A DNA stretch of 64,000 bases from Octopus vulgaris (Eukaryota): contig OX597826.1 of assembly GCA_951406725.2 (NCBI GenBank), forward strand, positions 33,108,001 through 33,172,000. Reading direction: 5' to 3'. Shown piece after piece: positions 26,851 through 41,449 of the stretch. The translations under genes were made by a program, and so were the position numbers. The first letter of the stretch is position 1; each line of letters opens with the position of its first letter. The notes beneath the pieces were generated by a model. It had not been told where the DNA came from. It was given only the letters and a program-made list of their open reading frames with translations, and searched no databases.

Positions 26851-27479
26851 TAAAGTCAACAGATGAGATCAAGAGAATCTCAATGTATATTTGTTTATGC
26901 TTGGTTGTTTATCCTTTAAAAATTATGCCAGTCCATAAACTGGTCCATGTGAGTCCAAATACTTGAATGTATGCTGAGAGATTGTCTTAGCTCATTTGCC
27001 TTCGGACGGTTGATTTCTGTAGTTATTATCAGTGTATTTTGGTGATTTAAATAAGAGTTTTGACTGTGCTCCAGCATGGCTGCAGTCAAATGACTGAAAC
27101 GAATAAAAGAATAAAAGAATACTCATTAAACACAATGCTTGCAGAAGAATCATTACCATGTTGGGCAAAATGCTTAGTGATATTTTGTCCATTTTTACCT
27201 TCTGGGTTCAACTTCTGCTGAGGTCAATTCGGCCTTCCATAATTTCTGGACTGACAAAATAAGTATTAGTTGAGAGGAGTAGATAGGTGTAATCAACCCC
27301 ACGGCCGTCCATGATATTGCTGGCCCTGCACCAAAATGTGAAAAGAATAAAAACTGTTTACACCTTCGCCTTTGGATCTTTGTGTTTAGCTTTTGGGATT
27401 CTGAGAGCTTTGCTTCTGATGCCATGGGTGCTGAAACATACAGGTCGATATCAGCTGCTGTTTTCTTAGATTAAGATCA

Positions 27480-27750
27480 GTGGTGTGGTTATGGGAGATG
27501 TATATATGTGGACAATGGTTAGTCATCCTCGAAAAACAAAACAAATAACTGTACTTGAGCCTGTGATTAAAGGTACAAATGAATGGTCAACATTGACCAG
27601 TGTAGGGTCTAGTCTGGTGGGACTAGAAATAATGGATAAATTACCCTTACAAGGCAGAAAGTTGTCAACAAACACCCATAAGAGTTGAACCCACATCCCT
27701 AAGGAGACCAGCTGAATGCTTTACCATTAAGCTAAACTGCCCACTGACAA
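27480..27750 (-). mobile_element. Probable additional tRNA-derived SINE
   Basis: Minus-strand head has A-box-like TAGCTTAATGG and B-box-like GGTTCAACTCT; the 3' extent is uncertain. Confidence 0.5.
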
Positions 27751-27792
27751 CTTATCTACTCATTTTTGACACTAAATAGTTTATTGAACAAC

Positions 27793-27863
<71 letters not shown>

Positions 27864-28523
27864 ACATATATGTAAAATGACATATATATGCGTTCCTCTT
27901 CTCCCCCTTACTTCCCTCTTTCTTTCACTAGCTGTTACGTTCAGGGTCCTTATTTCCTTTTTCTTTCCCCCTCCATATATTTAAGATATCTCTCTTGTCT
28001 GTTATAACTGACTTCTATATGTATACACCAAGAGATTTTCATACACGCGCTTGGTTGCATACATATATGTATATATGCATATGTGTATTTGTGCATGTAT
28101 TTATGTCTTACATATATATGCTTGTTTATGTATGTAACTATGTGCATGCATCTGTGTATTTTGATGTATATATGGATATTATAGATGGTCTGATATGGGT
28201 ATTTACCGTTGTAAAATATTTATGCAATGCAACATGAAAATTTTAATTTTAATCTTAATATATTAATTGACTTATATTTCGTATATCATTATTTACAATA
28301 TGTATTTTGAATCCACTCTTTGATTTTAGGTTTTCTTTGATTTTAGGTTTTCTTTGATTTTAGGTTTTCTTTGATTTTACAATAGGATGAATTTATATTG
28401 AATTCATTTATTTTGTTTATTGCATGCTTAAGACTGTTAATTGAAAGGACCAAGGAAACAAATCCATTTTTAAAGGTGTATCCTTTAACTAGTCTTGATT
28501 ATATCGTTATTTCTGTTCCATTT

Positions 28524-28578
28524 TAACAAAACTGTCTGACGAACAGGAATGTGAAACTCTGCGTAACAGCTTTTGTTA
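28524..28578 (+). ncRNA. Minimal type-I hammerhead ribozyme motif with intact core
   Basis: TAACAAAACTGT-CTGACGA-ACA-GGAA-TGT-GAAAC-TCTGC-GTA-ACAG-C-TTTTGTTA: 12-bp stem I with one bulge, CUGANGA and GAAA core, 3-bp stem II with a GNRA loop, 2-bp stem III, GUA cleavage triplet. Confidence 0.8.
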
Positions 28579-29944
28579 TATTTCTGCTGCTTTTAAATAA
28601 AGAATATATATACATATATAAACATACATTTGTATTGTTAGAAGCATTCAAATGTGTATTTCTCGAATGTAACATTGTCATAACATTTTCTGTCTTATGA
28701 GGGTAATTTACCCATTATTTCTGCTGTTGTAATGGCAATATTACATTTGAAAAATATCACCTTCTTGTTTGTGTCATACAATACGCATCTGAACGCTTCT
28801 AATAAAAATAAATGTAAGTTTGTTTATACACACACACTCACATACACACACACACATATACACACACATATACATAGATATGTATATACCTGTGTGTATG
28901 TGTAAAACATATATACATGCATTTATACATATATATATGTGTATATATGTATATATATTGGCCCACTTGCTTAGCCAGCAGGGTGACATCATTCGAAGGC
29001 TAAAACAATGCAAACACATTGTAACCAGCGATGTGTAACAACATCTGATGGTCTGGTCGGTCATGTGATCTTGTGATGTATATATATACATATATATAGA
29101 CGTAGCCCTGTGATAAGAAGCTTGCTTCCCAACCATATGGTTCCAGGTTCGACCCCACTGTGTGGCACTTTGGGCAAGTGTCTTCTACTGTAGCCTCAGT
29201 CTGACCAAAGCCTGTCAGATATATATATATGTATATTTCATGTGTGTGTGTCTTTGTGTCTGTTTGTCCCTCTTTCTCCCACTATTGCCTGACAACTGAT
29301 GTTGGTGTGTTTGCAAACTTGGTGGTTTGGCAAAAGAGCCCAATAGAATAAGTACTAGGCTTACAAAGAATAAGTCCTGGGGTCGATTGCTTCGACTAAA
29401 AACTCTTTAAGGCGGGTCTCCAGCATGGCCTCAGTCAAAATTACTGAAACATGTATAACAGAATACAAGAATATATATTTATAAACATCACCTGGACATG
29501 TGAGGTCAGCATGCAAGTTGCATGGTGACCAAAGTGGTGATGTCATCCAGGCTCCGGAACCATGTCATGCAGACATTGGAATATGATGCAAACTTTGGAC
29601 ACAGCAAACCAATCAGACCATGTAAAGAGGGAACAAAGACATTAACTAATGATGATGATGATGATGATGATGCTGTATATGCATTTATATATACTTATAG
29701 ACACACACACACACACATATACAAGTATATGCATGCCTATCTATGTGTGTGTGTGTGCATGTGTGTGTATTTGTATACATTTGTATGTGCATGTATACAT
29801 ATATACATATTTATATATGTGTGCGTGTGTGTATGTGTGTATGTATACAGACGCACACATACACACACATATATTATAAATAAGTTATTAATTTACAAGT
29901 TTAATTAAGATTCTCTAACACAAAAGAAGTAATTTCTTACCAAT

Positions 29945-30475
29945 GTATACACACACACACACACGTTACAATATTAACACATACACAGACACTTGCACAC
30001 ACACACATTACACATATTAACATACACATACACAAACACTTGCACACACACACATTACACATATTAACATACACATACACAGACACATTACAAATATAAA
30101 CACACACACTTGTACACACACATTACACATATCAACACACACATAAACACACACACATTTGCACATACATATACACACACACAAACACACACACATTACA
30201 CATACTAACACAGATACACACACACTTGCACACACGCATTACACATATTTACACACACATACATACACATTTGCACATACAAATACACACACAAACACAC
30301 ACACATTACACATATTAACATACACATATACATGCACCCACACCCACAGACATACACACACACCCATACAGACAAACACACACATGTGCACGCACACACA
30401 CACAAACACACACACATATTAACACATATGTGCATGCACACACACACATACGCACACACACACACACACATATTC
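29945..30475. repeat. (CA)-derived higher-order minisatellite
   Basis: Recurrent ~35-46-bp unit containing CACACACATTACACATATTAACATACACATACAC and CACTTGCACAC. Confidence 0.8.
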
Positions 30476-31259
30476 ATGTAAACAAACTGATTAAAGATAA
30501 CAGCATAACAATTAAACAAACACTGCCAGCCCAACACATCCACACATCTACCCCCACACATACATACACACATTTACACACACACATACACACATACCCT
30601 TATACGTACACTAACATTGAAAACGAAAGTGAAAGTACAATTTTAGACAAGTTTGCTATAAAATTCAATAATGATTGATAGCTTTCACGAAATAAGCAGC
30701 AAAACGGATAATAAGTATGTGTGAGGAGAGACAAGAAGTAAATGAAATGAAATTATATAATGATATTTTCCAAATGGAAACGAAATAAACAAACTATAAA
30801 CACTATATTATTGGCATTATTCTTAAATACAGAAAAAATACTATTTCTGTTGTTGTGATAGAAAGAGAGAAGGATAGAGCCAAGGAGAGGAAGTTGTAAT
30901 GGGTGTTTGTTGTGTTTGTGTGTAGATGGGTGTATATAGGATATATATATAAGGTAATATAAATTGAGTGTAACTCGCTCTCCCTCCTGCCCCCATCACC
31001 CCCTCTCTCCCTCTCTCTACACACACATGTATGTATAGGCTTGTGAGTGTGTATGAGTCTGTATGTGGGACTGTGGGTGTGTATGTATTTGTCCATTTGT
31101 GTTTTGTGTGTATAAATTTGTATATGTACACATATATACACATAAGCACACACATTTCTCTCTATATATATATATATATTGTATATATGTAAACATACAT
31201 ACATGCATACACACACACATATGAATATATAATTATATATATATGTATGTACCAATGTA

Positions 31260-31295
<36 letters not shown>

Positions 31296-31957
31296 TGTAT
31301 GTATGTATGTATGTATGTATGTATGCATGTATGTATATATGTATGTATATATATATTTATATATATATATATGTATGTATGCATGTATGTATGTGTGCAT
31401 ATATATATACACCCACAGCCATCTACATCCACTCACATACAACTCTAAGTAGAAAAGGGAGAGTTAATACGAAAGTATGGTAGACATAATAGTTCCCACG
31501 TACATCTATGAATGTGTATAATGCATATACATACATACATACATACATACATACATACATACATACATGTGTGTGTGTGTGAAGATATATATATATATAT
31601 ATATAGACATACATAGATACACACACACACACAGGTGTGTATAGACGTGTGCTGGGTGTTAAATAAATGTAGAGTAGAATGAAACATTGAAGCATCTTTA
31701 ATTTAATAAGTATCTTTCATTCATGTTTTCTTTTTTTTTGTTTTTATTCCATTTTATTTTATATTAAATTTTATTGTATTTTTTCTTTCTTTCGATTTTT
31801 GGTTTTGTTTTATCTTATTTTCCTGTTAAATTTTATTTGGAAATACTTTATGGAAGGAAATTGTTTCAAATAATTTTCTATCAATAAACAAAACACAAAC
31901 ATTCAAAGATATAAAATTACAACACATGTACTCACACACACTCACACACACACACAT

Positions 31958-32015
<58 letters not shown>

Positions 32016-32023
32016 TCATACAT

Positions 32024-32109
<86 letters not shown>

Positions 32110-32291
32110 TATTTATGTATGTATGCATGTATGTATATATACACACACACACACATATATGCACACACATAGACACACACTCAGCATCGTCATATACACA
32201 TATATACAGATACACACTCTTCGATATATACACACATACACAATCATCGACACACAAACACATACGCACATTTACACACATTCATACACAC

Positions 32292-32325
<34 letters not shown>

Positions 32326-32429
32326 GCAATTATAAAAGTATAAATGTCACAGCCACCCTCACCCTCACACACTTTGAAATTAAATTGTTTTAAATAGAGA
32401 TGGAATGTTAAAAATAGCAATAGAAACAA

Positions 32430-32613
32430 CAGCAGAGGAAACAGTAGTAGTAGCAGCAGCAGCAGCAGCAGCAACAGTAGTGGTAGTAATGCCAGTGGTG
32501 GCGGTGGCGGTAGTAGTACTAGTAATAGTAGTGGTAGTGGTGGTAGTAGTGGTAGTAGTGGTGGTGGTGGTAGTGGTGGTGGTGGTTGTGGTGATGTTGT
32601 TGTGTTGGTAATT

Positions 32614-32669
<56 letters not shown>

Positions 32670-32700
32670 TGTTGTTTTAGTAGTAGCATTAATGTTGTAG
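32430..32700. repeat. Compound (GTA/GTG/GCA)n tract
   Basis: Direct inspection. Confidence 0.95.
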
Positions 32701-32979
32701 TAATTGCTTCCAGCAGATTTTCTACAGCCGGATGCTCTCACTCCCATCAACACTCTCCCTGCTTCCAAATAAGTTAAGGCTTCCTCTATTCCTTTGAATA
32801 TGTGAAGCGAAAAGACTTAACTTATTTGCATAGAAAACTGCAAATGAACAACACTGCTTGCTTTGCTTGTGTGATGCTGATAGTCATTTCTAGTTTGCTT
32901 ACAATGTCAAAACAAGGCGACACAGTTGCACACACATATATACATACATTCATGTATGTGTATATACATACAAATAAAT

Positions 32980-33542
32980 CATCATCATCATCATCATCAT
33001 CGTTTAACGTTCACGTTCCATGCTGGTATGGGTGGAATGGTTTGACAGGAGCTGACCAGGCAGAAACCCTCACCAGACTTCTGTATCTGATGGGGCAGGA
33101 TTTTTACAGCTGGGTGTTCTTCCTAACACTAACCACTCAGCAGAGTCGACTTAGTGCTTTTTATGTGGCACAAGCACAGGCGAGGTCAGGTTTGGCAAGG
33201 TTTTTACTCCTGGATGCCCTTCCAAACACCAACCACTTTACAGTGGTACCAGCACTGACAGGGTCACCAAGTACTTGCAAGACAAAAAAAATTCTCTTTT
33301 GAGAGGAGAATATATATATACACACACATATATATATATATCGTTGCCAGTACCACTTAACTGGCCCTCGTGCTGGTGGCACGTAAAAGCACCCACTACA
33401 CTCTTGGAGTGGTTGGCGTTAGAAAGGGCATCCAGCAGTAGAAACTCTGCCAGATCAGATTGGAGTCTGGTTCACCAGACCTCAGGCAAATCGTCCAAAC
33501 CATGCTAGCATGGAAAGCAGACGTTAAATGATGATGATGATA
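32980..33542. mobile_element. Inverted pair of (GAT)n-tailed retroposons
   Basis: Minus copy at about 32980-33265 and plus copy at about 33345-33542, ending GACGTTAAATGATGATGA. Confidence 0.8.
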
Positions 33543-33853
33543 TATATATATATATATAAAAGTTTGTTTTATGTCAAGTTATATATAAAAACAATTTAAT
33601 ACTAAGCTAAACACTTACTCTTTTTAGTACTTTTTATTAGAGTACATATTTACCAACTTTCATAAGTGAAAAGTTGATGCTGAACTCGTAGTTATGACAG
33701 AGCTTCATCAGACAGTCGGTCAAAACTTCAAAGTCACTGTCAACCATTACCAAATGCATGTACGAGGGTTTGCTGAAAAGTTCTTGGTTTTGGGTGAATG
33801 AAAATATAGGAGAAAGAGTTAATTATGATTTTATTAAATATGTATGCATGTAT

Positions 33854-33854
<1 letters not shown>

Positions 33855-33885
<31 letters not shown>

Positions 33886-34405
33886 TTGTCCATGCTGGCA
33901 TGGGTTGGACAGTTTGACTTGACTAGCATGCTGGAAGGCTGCACCAGACTCCAGACTGATTTGGCATGATTTTCAACTGCTGGATGCCCTTCTGTTGACA
34001 ACCACTCTGAGAGTGTAGTGAGTGCTTTTATGTGCCACTGGCACAGGTGCCAATTTGCGTGGCACTGGTATCTGCCATCACTGTGATTTTGCTTGGCTTC
34101 ATGGGTCTTCTTCTCAAGCATGACATAATACCAAAGGTCTTGGTCATTGCCTCTGTAAGGCCCAACACTCAAAAGGAACTCAGCCACTTTGCCTCTGTGA
34201 GGCCGCCTAATGCTTGAAAGGAACTCAGCTACCTTGCATCTGTGAGGCCCAACACTCAAAAGGATCTCAACCACTTTGCCCCCATGAGGTTCAACACTTG
34301 AAAGAAACTCAGTCCTGTTGTCTCTGTGAGGCCCAATGCTAGAAAAGCACTCAACCATTTTGCCGCCATCAGGCCCAACATGTGAGAGGAACTCAGCCCC
34401 TCTGC
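33855..34405 (-). mobile_element. Long (GAT)n-tailed retroposon copy with six ~42-bp tandem units
   Basis: Units resembling CTCTGTGAGGCCCAACACTCAAAAGGAACTCAGCCACTTTGC at 34151-34405. Confidence 0.85.
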
Positions 34406-35471
34406 ATCATATTTATATATATATGTATTTTTATGGTGGTTCCTTTCAGGGTGTGCTAATGAAATCCACTTGCAAGGTCACAGTCAGCTTTTGGTTAGAA
34501 CAGGAGATACTTGGCTTCAGATGCCATGCAGTGGGACTGAACCTGAAACTGAATCATTGAAAAGTAAACATCTTAACCACACAGCCATGCTGCTGCCTAA
34601 TTCATTATTAATTTATAACTAATTTATTACTGATAAATTCATAAGATTTGAAGAATACAAACTAAATTGCAGGTTGGATTTCTAGAATTTTCATGTAGTC
34701 TCTGGTGACAAATCTCCAGCAACGTGTTTTTATGCAAGAGATTTATTGCTTATAAGTCAAGTCGATTACTAGTGATGTTTGTAAGCTTTTAATTAATTAT
34801 TTCTATAACGATAGACCTGGATTCATTAAAACACAGAGGTTTACTTCTGATATTATTACAAGTTCTACTAAAGATTAGGATTAATTTCAAAGTTCAAATG
34901 ACTAGTGTTAATTTTATGCATCATCTCTGTTACTTTGTAATGACTTCAAACGGAGACAAGTGTCAACAAAAAACACTAATTATATTTGAGGTCATAAATA
35001 TCTTCAACAGTTTATCTGGAAATAAACAAAATTGTTTGTCAAAGACTTGTAATAAACTGTTCATGGTTTGGCATTTATACAAAGTAATGTTAGCTTGGAA
35101 AATGTATTTTCAATTTTATTTGAAATTTGTAGATACTTCGGTTCTGTGTATATTGCTTTTCCTGGTCAATTGTGCACATAATAAAGTTAAACAGAAGTAA
35201 TAAATTGTCGTTTTTGTTATGTTTTTATATGGTTAAGGTAAAGAATTAGTTGTTATTTAATCCTTTCTTTTACACTCTGCATAAGTTTTTAATCATAAAA
35301 ACATAGATGTTCTGTCAATGTGTTTTAGTTGAGTCTGTCATCACTCATGAGTGTTAATGGCTTGTTAGAATGAATCATGCTTTTGAAAATAGTTCTAAAC
35401 ACTTATGTGGTTGCAAGCAGACATAGATTCCTTTGAGGCCTTCCTCATGTAGCACATTATAGATGTGACAG

Positions 35472-35578
35472 TAGAGGTGGGGAGCAAGGGAGCTGTGTCA
35501 CCACCCAGCTGCTATCTATCTATTTAGAGGTGGGGAGCAAGGGAGCTGTGCCACCACCCAGCTGCTATCTATCTATTT
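35472..35578. repeat. 53-bp tandem duplication
   Basis: TAGAGGTGGGGAGCAAGGGAGCTGTG(T/C)CACCACCCAGCTGCTATCTATCTATT twice, with one mismatch. Confidence 0.95.
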
Positions 35579-37391
35579 ATGGCTGAGTTGACTGATGTAA
35601 CATGAAAGAGAAGTGTCTTGCTCAAGGACATAATGCACTGCCTAGTCCACGATGGGCAGACAGTAGCAACCATTTGCATCCAGTGGCACATTGAGGATGT
35701 GACAGCTGAATAGAGGGGGAGCTATCCTGGTTACTGGTTGGTGCTCATTTACAGCTAAGAAGTCTAAAGCAATGTAAAATAAAGCGCCATGCATCACTGA
35801 ACAATTCAGCATATTGCCAAGTCAGGGGTTCCAATTCCTTGACTTGGTAATATGTGTTTCATGTCATCTGGAAAACTAAAATATTCTAAATAGAATATTA
35901 TATTCAGCTTCATCACCATCACCATTTAGCATCCGTTTTCCATGCTGGCATGGGTTGGATGGCTTGACAGGAACTGGTCAAGCTAGGGGCCATGCTAGGT
36001 TCCATAGTCTATTTTGGTTGGGTTTCAACAGCTAAATTCCCTTCCTAACACCAGACACATTACAGTGTGTACTGGGTGCTTTTTTACATGGCACCATCAC
36101 CAATGTTTTTTATGTGGCACCAGCACCCAGAATCCCAAATAAATTTCTTTGGTATACTGCTTGTGTTTTATGAACAGATGAATATCTAAAGCCTTATGTC
36201 CACTGTAGTCCTGTAAGGAACAATGTTAGCCAGGTGTTAATAGCTCTGAAAGACATAGTGATGGAATAATGTCTCACAAATACTGCAAATGGAATAAGAA
36301 AATATCAAGGTGGACCAGTCAAAGTGTGTGGAGGCCGAGAGGCTAAGGTATTTGGCTTGTATTCACAATATTGTGGATTCAATTCCTGGGCCAGGTTATG
36401 CATTGTGGTCTTGAGCAAGAAGGCACTTCATTTTCCATTACTCCTGTCTATTTGGCTGTAAATGGGTACAAGCCATGAACCAACACAGCTCTGTGTGTCT
36501 CTCTCACCAGCTGACATGGCCATATACCGATAGGTGTTTATAATCATCACTGTCATTGTCATCATCGTCATCGTCATCGTCATCGTCATTTCCTTCATCA
36601 TCATTATCAATGTTACCTCCTCCTTCTCCTCTTCCTCATCGTCTCTGTCCTTGTCGTCATCATTTTCAATGTCATCACTTAAACTGTCACAATCATATTT
36701 CATTCTGAGTTCCAATCCTGCAGAGACCAAATTTTGTATCCATTGTTTTGGGGGTTGATAAAATAAAGTCCTGGTCACACACTAGAGAGAGAGAGAGAGA
36801 GACAGACAGAGAGGAGGGGGTAATGGTACTGATACTGAATAACCAATTCCACTTGAAAAAACAAGAAATGCTGTCTTTGTGCCTAAATCCAAAATCAATA
36901 TTAGTAGTTTCAATTGTCTTTACGTTCTAAGTTCAAATTCTGCCGAGGACGACTTTGCCTTTCATCCATTCAGGGTTGATAAATTAAGTACCAGTTGTGA
37001 ACTGGGGTTGATGCTTCCTCAAAGTTTCAGGCCTTGTACTTATCATGGAACAGATTATTACTAACTTGATAATATTCTTCTTAAATGATCCTACCAAATA
37101 TTTCCATATATGGCAGTTCAAAGATGAAGACACAATTCAGAATTACATCTACAATTCTTTTGAAAGAACATCATTTTTTCTAGACTCAATAAATCATAAT
37201 AATTCGATTGTTCCTTTACTTTTCCAATGTCTTTTATTTACTTATTTATTTATTCTGTGAATTATTCAACAGAAATGTTTGACACAGCTGCCAAATGACA
37301 ATTCTACAACACAGACCAAAACTGATGTCAACGTTGAAAAGTGCGAGGGCAAAGAATATATTGGTGCAGCTGCTGTGGCTGCTGTTGTTGA

Positions 37392-37710
37392 GGATGATGA
37401 AGATGATGATAATGATGATGATGAAAATGACGACGATGATGATGACGATGACGACGACGACGTCGACGATGGTGATGATGATGATGAAGATGATGATGAT
37501 GATGATGATGATGATGACGACGATGTTGATAACAATGAAAATGACAATGACGATGATGACAGTGATGATGATGATGATGATGATGAAGATGATGATGACA
37601 ATGATGATGACGATGTCAACAATGATGATGATGACACTGATAATGATGATGATGAAGGGAGCAGAGAGGGGGAAGCAGATGGGTGATAACGATGACAATG
37701 ATGATGACCA
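37392..37710. repeat. Degenerate (GAT/GAC)n tract
   Basis: Direct inspection; source of the poly-D/M ORFs. Confidence 0.95.
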
Positions 37711-38165
37711 AAGAAAGTATTTCACGACAGAACAACAACAACAGCAACAACAACATGCTCATTTATTAGTTTGGCAATTGTCCCAATGTCTTTAAGAACC
37801 ATTTTGTTAGGAAACTTCCATTTCCATGGCTTCAATATTTCGCTTTCCTTCCTCAGCCTTGATTCTCAGTTCCTACAGGATGCCACATTAACCATTTTAA
37901 TTCTCTACTTCTTTCCAGGTCCAGGATATTATTGTTGTTGTTATTGCTATTGTAGTTGCTGTTCAATGCCAGAATTAGCAGGGCTTTGACAATTCCATGA
38001 ACAATTTGTTAAGACTCACACAATATATATGTATGCATTTATGTGTGTATATATATGTGTATGTATGCATCTATCTATCTATCTATCTATCTATGTGTGA
38101 ATATATATACATATATACATACATACATACATACACAATATATATATATATTATTATATATATAC

Positions 38166-38334
<169 letters not shown>

Positions 38335-38962
38335 ATGTATGTATGTATGTATATGTGCACACACATCAAACACTGGTGTCTCTGAAGATTTCCTCCTTAT
38401 CTTTAGAATATATTTTGTTGAGTTTCCAAACATCAACCCAGGTCATTCAGGACCAATCTTGGAACATATGTCAAATAACCTAAATTATACTTCTTCAGGA
38501 AATATGCTGGACCATATGGGAATCAGTGAAGCTGAATAGTCCTTCTTTCGATTTTTTTTTTTGGTTTTGGCCCAGTATTTTATTGCTCAAAGACATTTAC
38601 AGCAAGATCCATGTTCTTTCAATCTTTGATCTACATTGTTCCAATCTTTGTCTATAAACATACCAAGATACATGCACATAGTTACACAAACTCATAAATA
38701 TGCCATCATCATCATCCTCATCATTATCATTGTCATCATCAGAGACACAGAAAGACAGACATATAGACACATGCACACGCAAATATTTGACAACTCCACT
38801 CGAATGGACAAAAGTACTAATATATGATATATGATATATGATATATGATGTATAAAAACATGTAATATACAAATAAATATCTGTAAATAAAAAAACATCC
38901 AAATTTCTGAGTACCTTATTTCTTCTAATATAAAATACCTGTACATCGTCTCCAAACCCTCT

Positions 38963-39009
<47 letters not shown>

Positions 39010-39013
39010 TATT

Positions 39014-39857
39014 TCTGCTGTTGGGGTAACTTTGAATGCCAAAATTCGGGACAAGACCCTCCAGGATTTTCCAGATGTATATCACTGCATATCTCTCCCA
39101 CTTTCGCTCCAGGGAGAAGAGTTTTAATACTTTCAGTCTTTCCCAGTAGCTGATATGTTGCATTGAGACGATCTTCTTAGTGTAGCTGTGTTGGATTGCT
39201 TTGAGTTCTGCTGTTAGTTTTATATTGTGTGGTGACCATAGTTGGAAGCAGTAGTCCAAGTGGCTGAGGACGAATGTCTTCCAAAGGACCATCAGTGTCT
39301 CCTTCTCTCGTGTTCTGAAAGTTTGGAGAATCCATCCAGCTAACTGTCTGCATTTTATTACCATATTAGTAATATGCACTTGGAAAGATGCACCATTGCT
39401 CATGTCAGTGCCCAGGTCATGCACTGATATTGACTCAGGAATTACAATTCTTCCCAGGCAAGTGTATCCAGCCTGCATGTCGGTCACCTGTGTGTACCGG
39501 TAGCACAGGGCTTGGAACTTCCCTGTATTAAACTGCATGTTGTTGCACTCAGCCCACCTATATATTGTATCCAACTCCAATTGCAGATGTGCAATATTGT
39601 ACGAGAGACTTTTGTGTCATCTGCATAGCTAGCTAGGGTGGCCATCTTAGCAACTGAGGGCATGTCTGAAAGGGCCACTATGAACAGCAGTGGCCCCAAG
39701 ACAGTGCCCTGTGCAATATCGCTTGTTATTTGTGTTTCCTTGGAGATGGCTCCATTGGCCACAACTACCTGCCTTCTATCTTTTAGGAAGTTGTGCAGCC
39801 AGTCTCCTAGTTTTCCACCTATGCTGAGATCACGCAGTTTGTGACAGATCATACCAT
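39014..39857 (-). mobile_element. CR1-clade LINE reverse transcriptase fragment (pseudogenised)
   Basis: LGDWLHNFLKDRRQVVVANG...IAQGTVLGPLLF...YADDTK, a frameshift near 39595, then LDTIYRWAECNNMQFNTGKF...FVLSHLDYCFQLWSPH...YWERLKVLKLFSLERKWER..IYIWKILEG. Confidence 0.93.
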
Positions 39858-40093
39858 TCCTATATGAAGGAATCTATCAGATCAGATTGAGCCTGATGCA
39901 GCCTCTGGCTCACCAGTCTTCAGTCAAACCGTCCAATCCATTCCAGCATGGAGAGTGGACGTTAAACAATGATTATGATGATATATATATATGTATGTAC
40001 ATATATGCATGCACACAACCGTGTACACGTATAGAGATATACATTCATATATGTACATACATATATATATATATACATTTATATATATATATT

Positions 40094-40136
<43 letters not shown>

Positions 40137-40145
40137 TTTATAATG

Positions 40146-40449
40146 TGATCACGTGACTAACCAGGCTATCAGATGTTGGTACACATCGCTAGTCACAATG
40201 TGCTTCACATTGTTTTAGCCTTCAAATGATGCCTCCCCACTGGCTAAGCGAGCAGGCCAACAGAAGACAGAGTGATAGAAAGTTGTGGTGAAAGAGTACA
40301 GCAGGGACCGCCACCAAGCCCTGTCGGAGCCTCGTGGGGCTTTAGGTGTTTTCGCTCAATAAACATCACAACGCCCAATCTGAGAATCAAAACTGCGATC
40401 CTATGACTGCGAGTCCGCTGCCCTAACCACTGAGCCATTGCGCCTCCAC
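40146..40449 (-). mobile_element. tRNA-derived SINE
   Basis: Minus head GTGGAGGCGCAATGGCTCAGTGGTTAGGGCAGCGGACTCGCAGTC (A box TGGCTCAGTGG). Its 3' part matches 28958-29070 (+). Confidence 0.8.
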
Positions 40450-40598
40450 ATATATATATATATACACATATGTATATGTATATATACATATATATATATA
40501 CACACACACATATATACATATATATATACACACACACACACATATATACATATATACACATATATATATATATACTCACATGCATGAACATATATGTG

Positions 40599-40650
<52 letters not shown>

Positions 40651-41034
40651 AACATATATATCTAAGCATATATATGTATAGATATATACATAGTTAAATA
40701 CATACATGGATAATAAATAGCATATTTTTACGGATTTATGTAAGTACATACACACACATGCACACATATAAATACATGGATAAATAAATAAACATATATG
40801 TATGTATGCATGTGTATGTCTGTGTGTATATATATATATATACACATTCAGGTATGCATGTGTGAGTGTGTACATATATAAATCCTTATAAATATGTGTT
40901 TGTATAGTTTGTATATATGTGGATATAGTGGATATAGGTGTATACTATTCATATATATATATATATATACGTTTAAATATTTGTTGTGCAAGATTTTTTA
41001 TGTGAAGTCGTGTGTTGAAACAGATATTGTTATA

Positions 41035-41449
41035 TTTCGGAATGGTCATATTGCCAGTTTAGCCAATAAAAACACACGCACTATATATTTGGTGTTATTT
41101 TGCTTCAGTGATATTTATTTTTTACATTAATCTTAATCTTATTTCGGCCAAAAGTTCTTTCGTCACACTCCTGTGACCGCATCAGTGGTCCTTTGTTTTC
41201 TTCTCACTTACTTGTGTCTCTCCTTACTAACCGTCAGCCATTTTGTATGGCTGACGGTTAGTAAGGAGAGACACAAGTAAGTGAGAAGAAAACAAAGGAC
41301 CACTGATGCGGTCACAGGAGTGTGACGAAAGAACTTTGGCCGAAATAAGATTAAGATTAATGTAAAAAATAAATATCACTGAAGCAAAATAACACCAAAT
41401 ATATAGTGCGTGTGTTTTTATTGGCTAAACTGGCAATATGACCATTCCG

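Noticed and set aside
28318-28379. TTAGG-containing repeat as interstitial telomere
   Set aside because: It is a 17-bp unit repeated about 3.5 times, not a TTAGG or TTAGGG array.
34151-34405. CRISPR-like array or repeat protein (VAEFLSSVGPHRGK repeats)
   Set aside because: Units are contiguous and degenerate with no unique spacers, lie inside a retroposon, and no cas genes are present.
37279-37686. Asp-rich biomineralisation-type protein
   Set aside because: Open in multiple frames because of the GAT repeat, with no ATG start or signal peptide; similar tracts occur throughout the window.
38597-39013. C-terminal part of the 327-aa ORF as real protein
   Set aside because: RT homology ends near 39014; the rest is read-through across (TA)n and low-complexity DNA.
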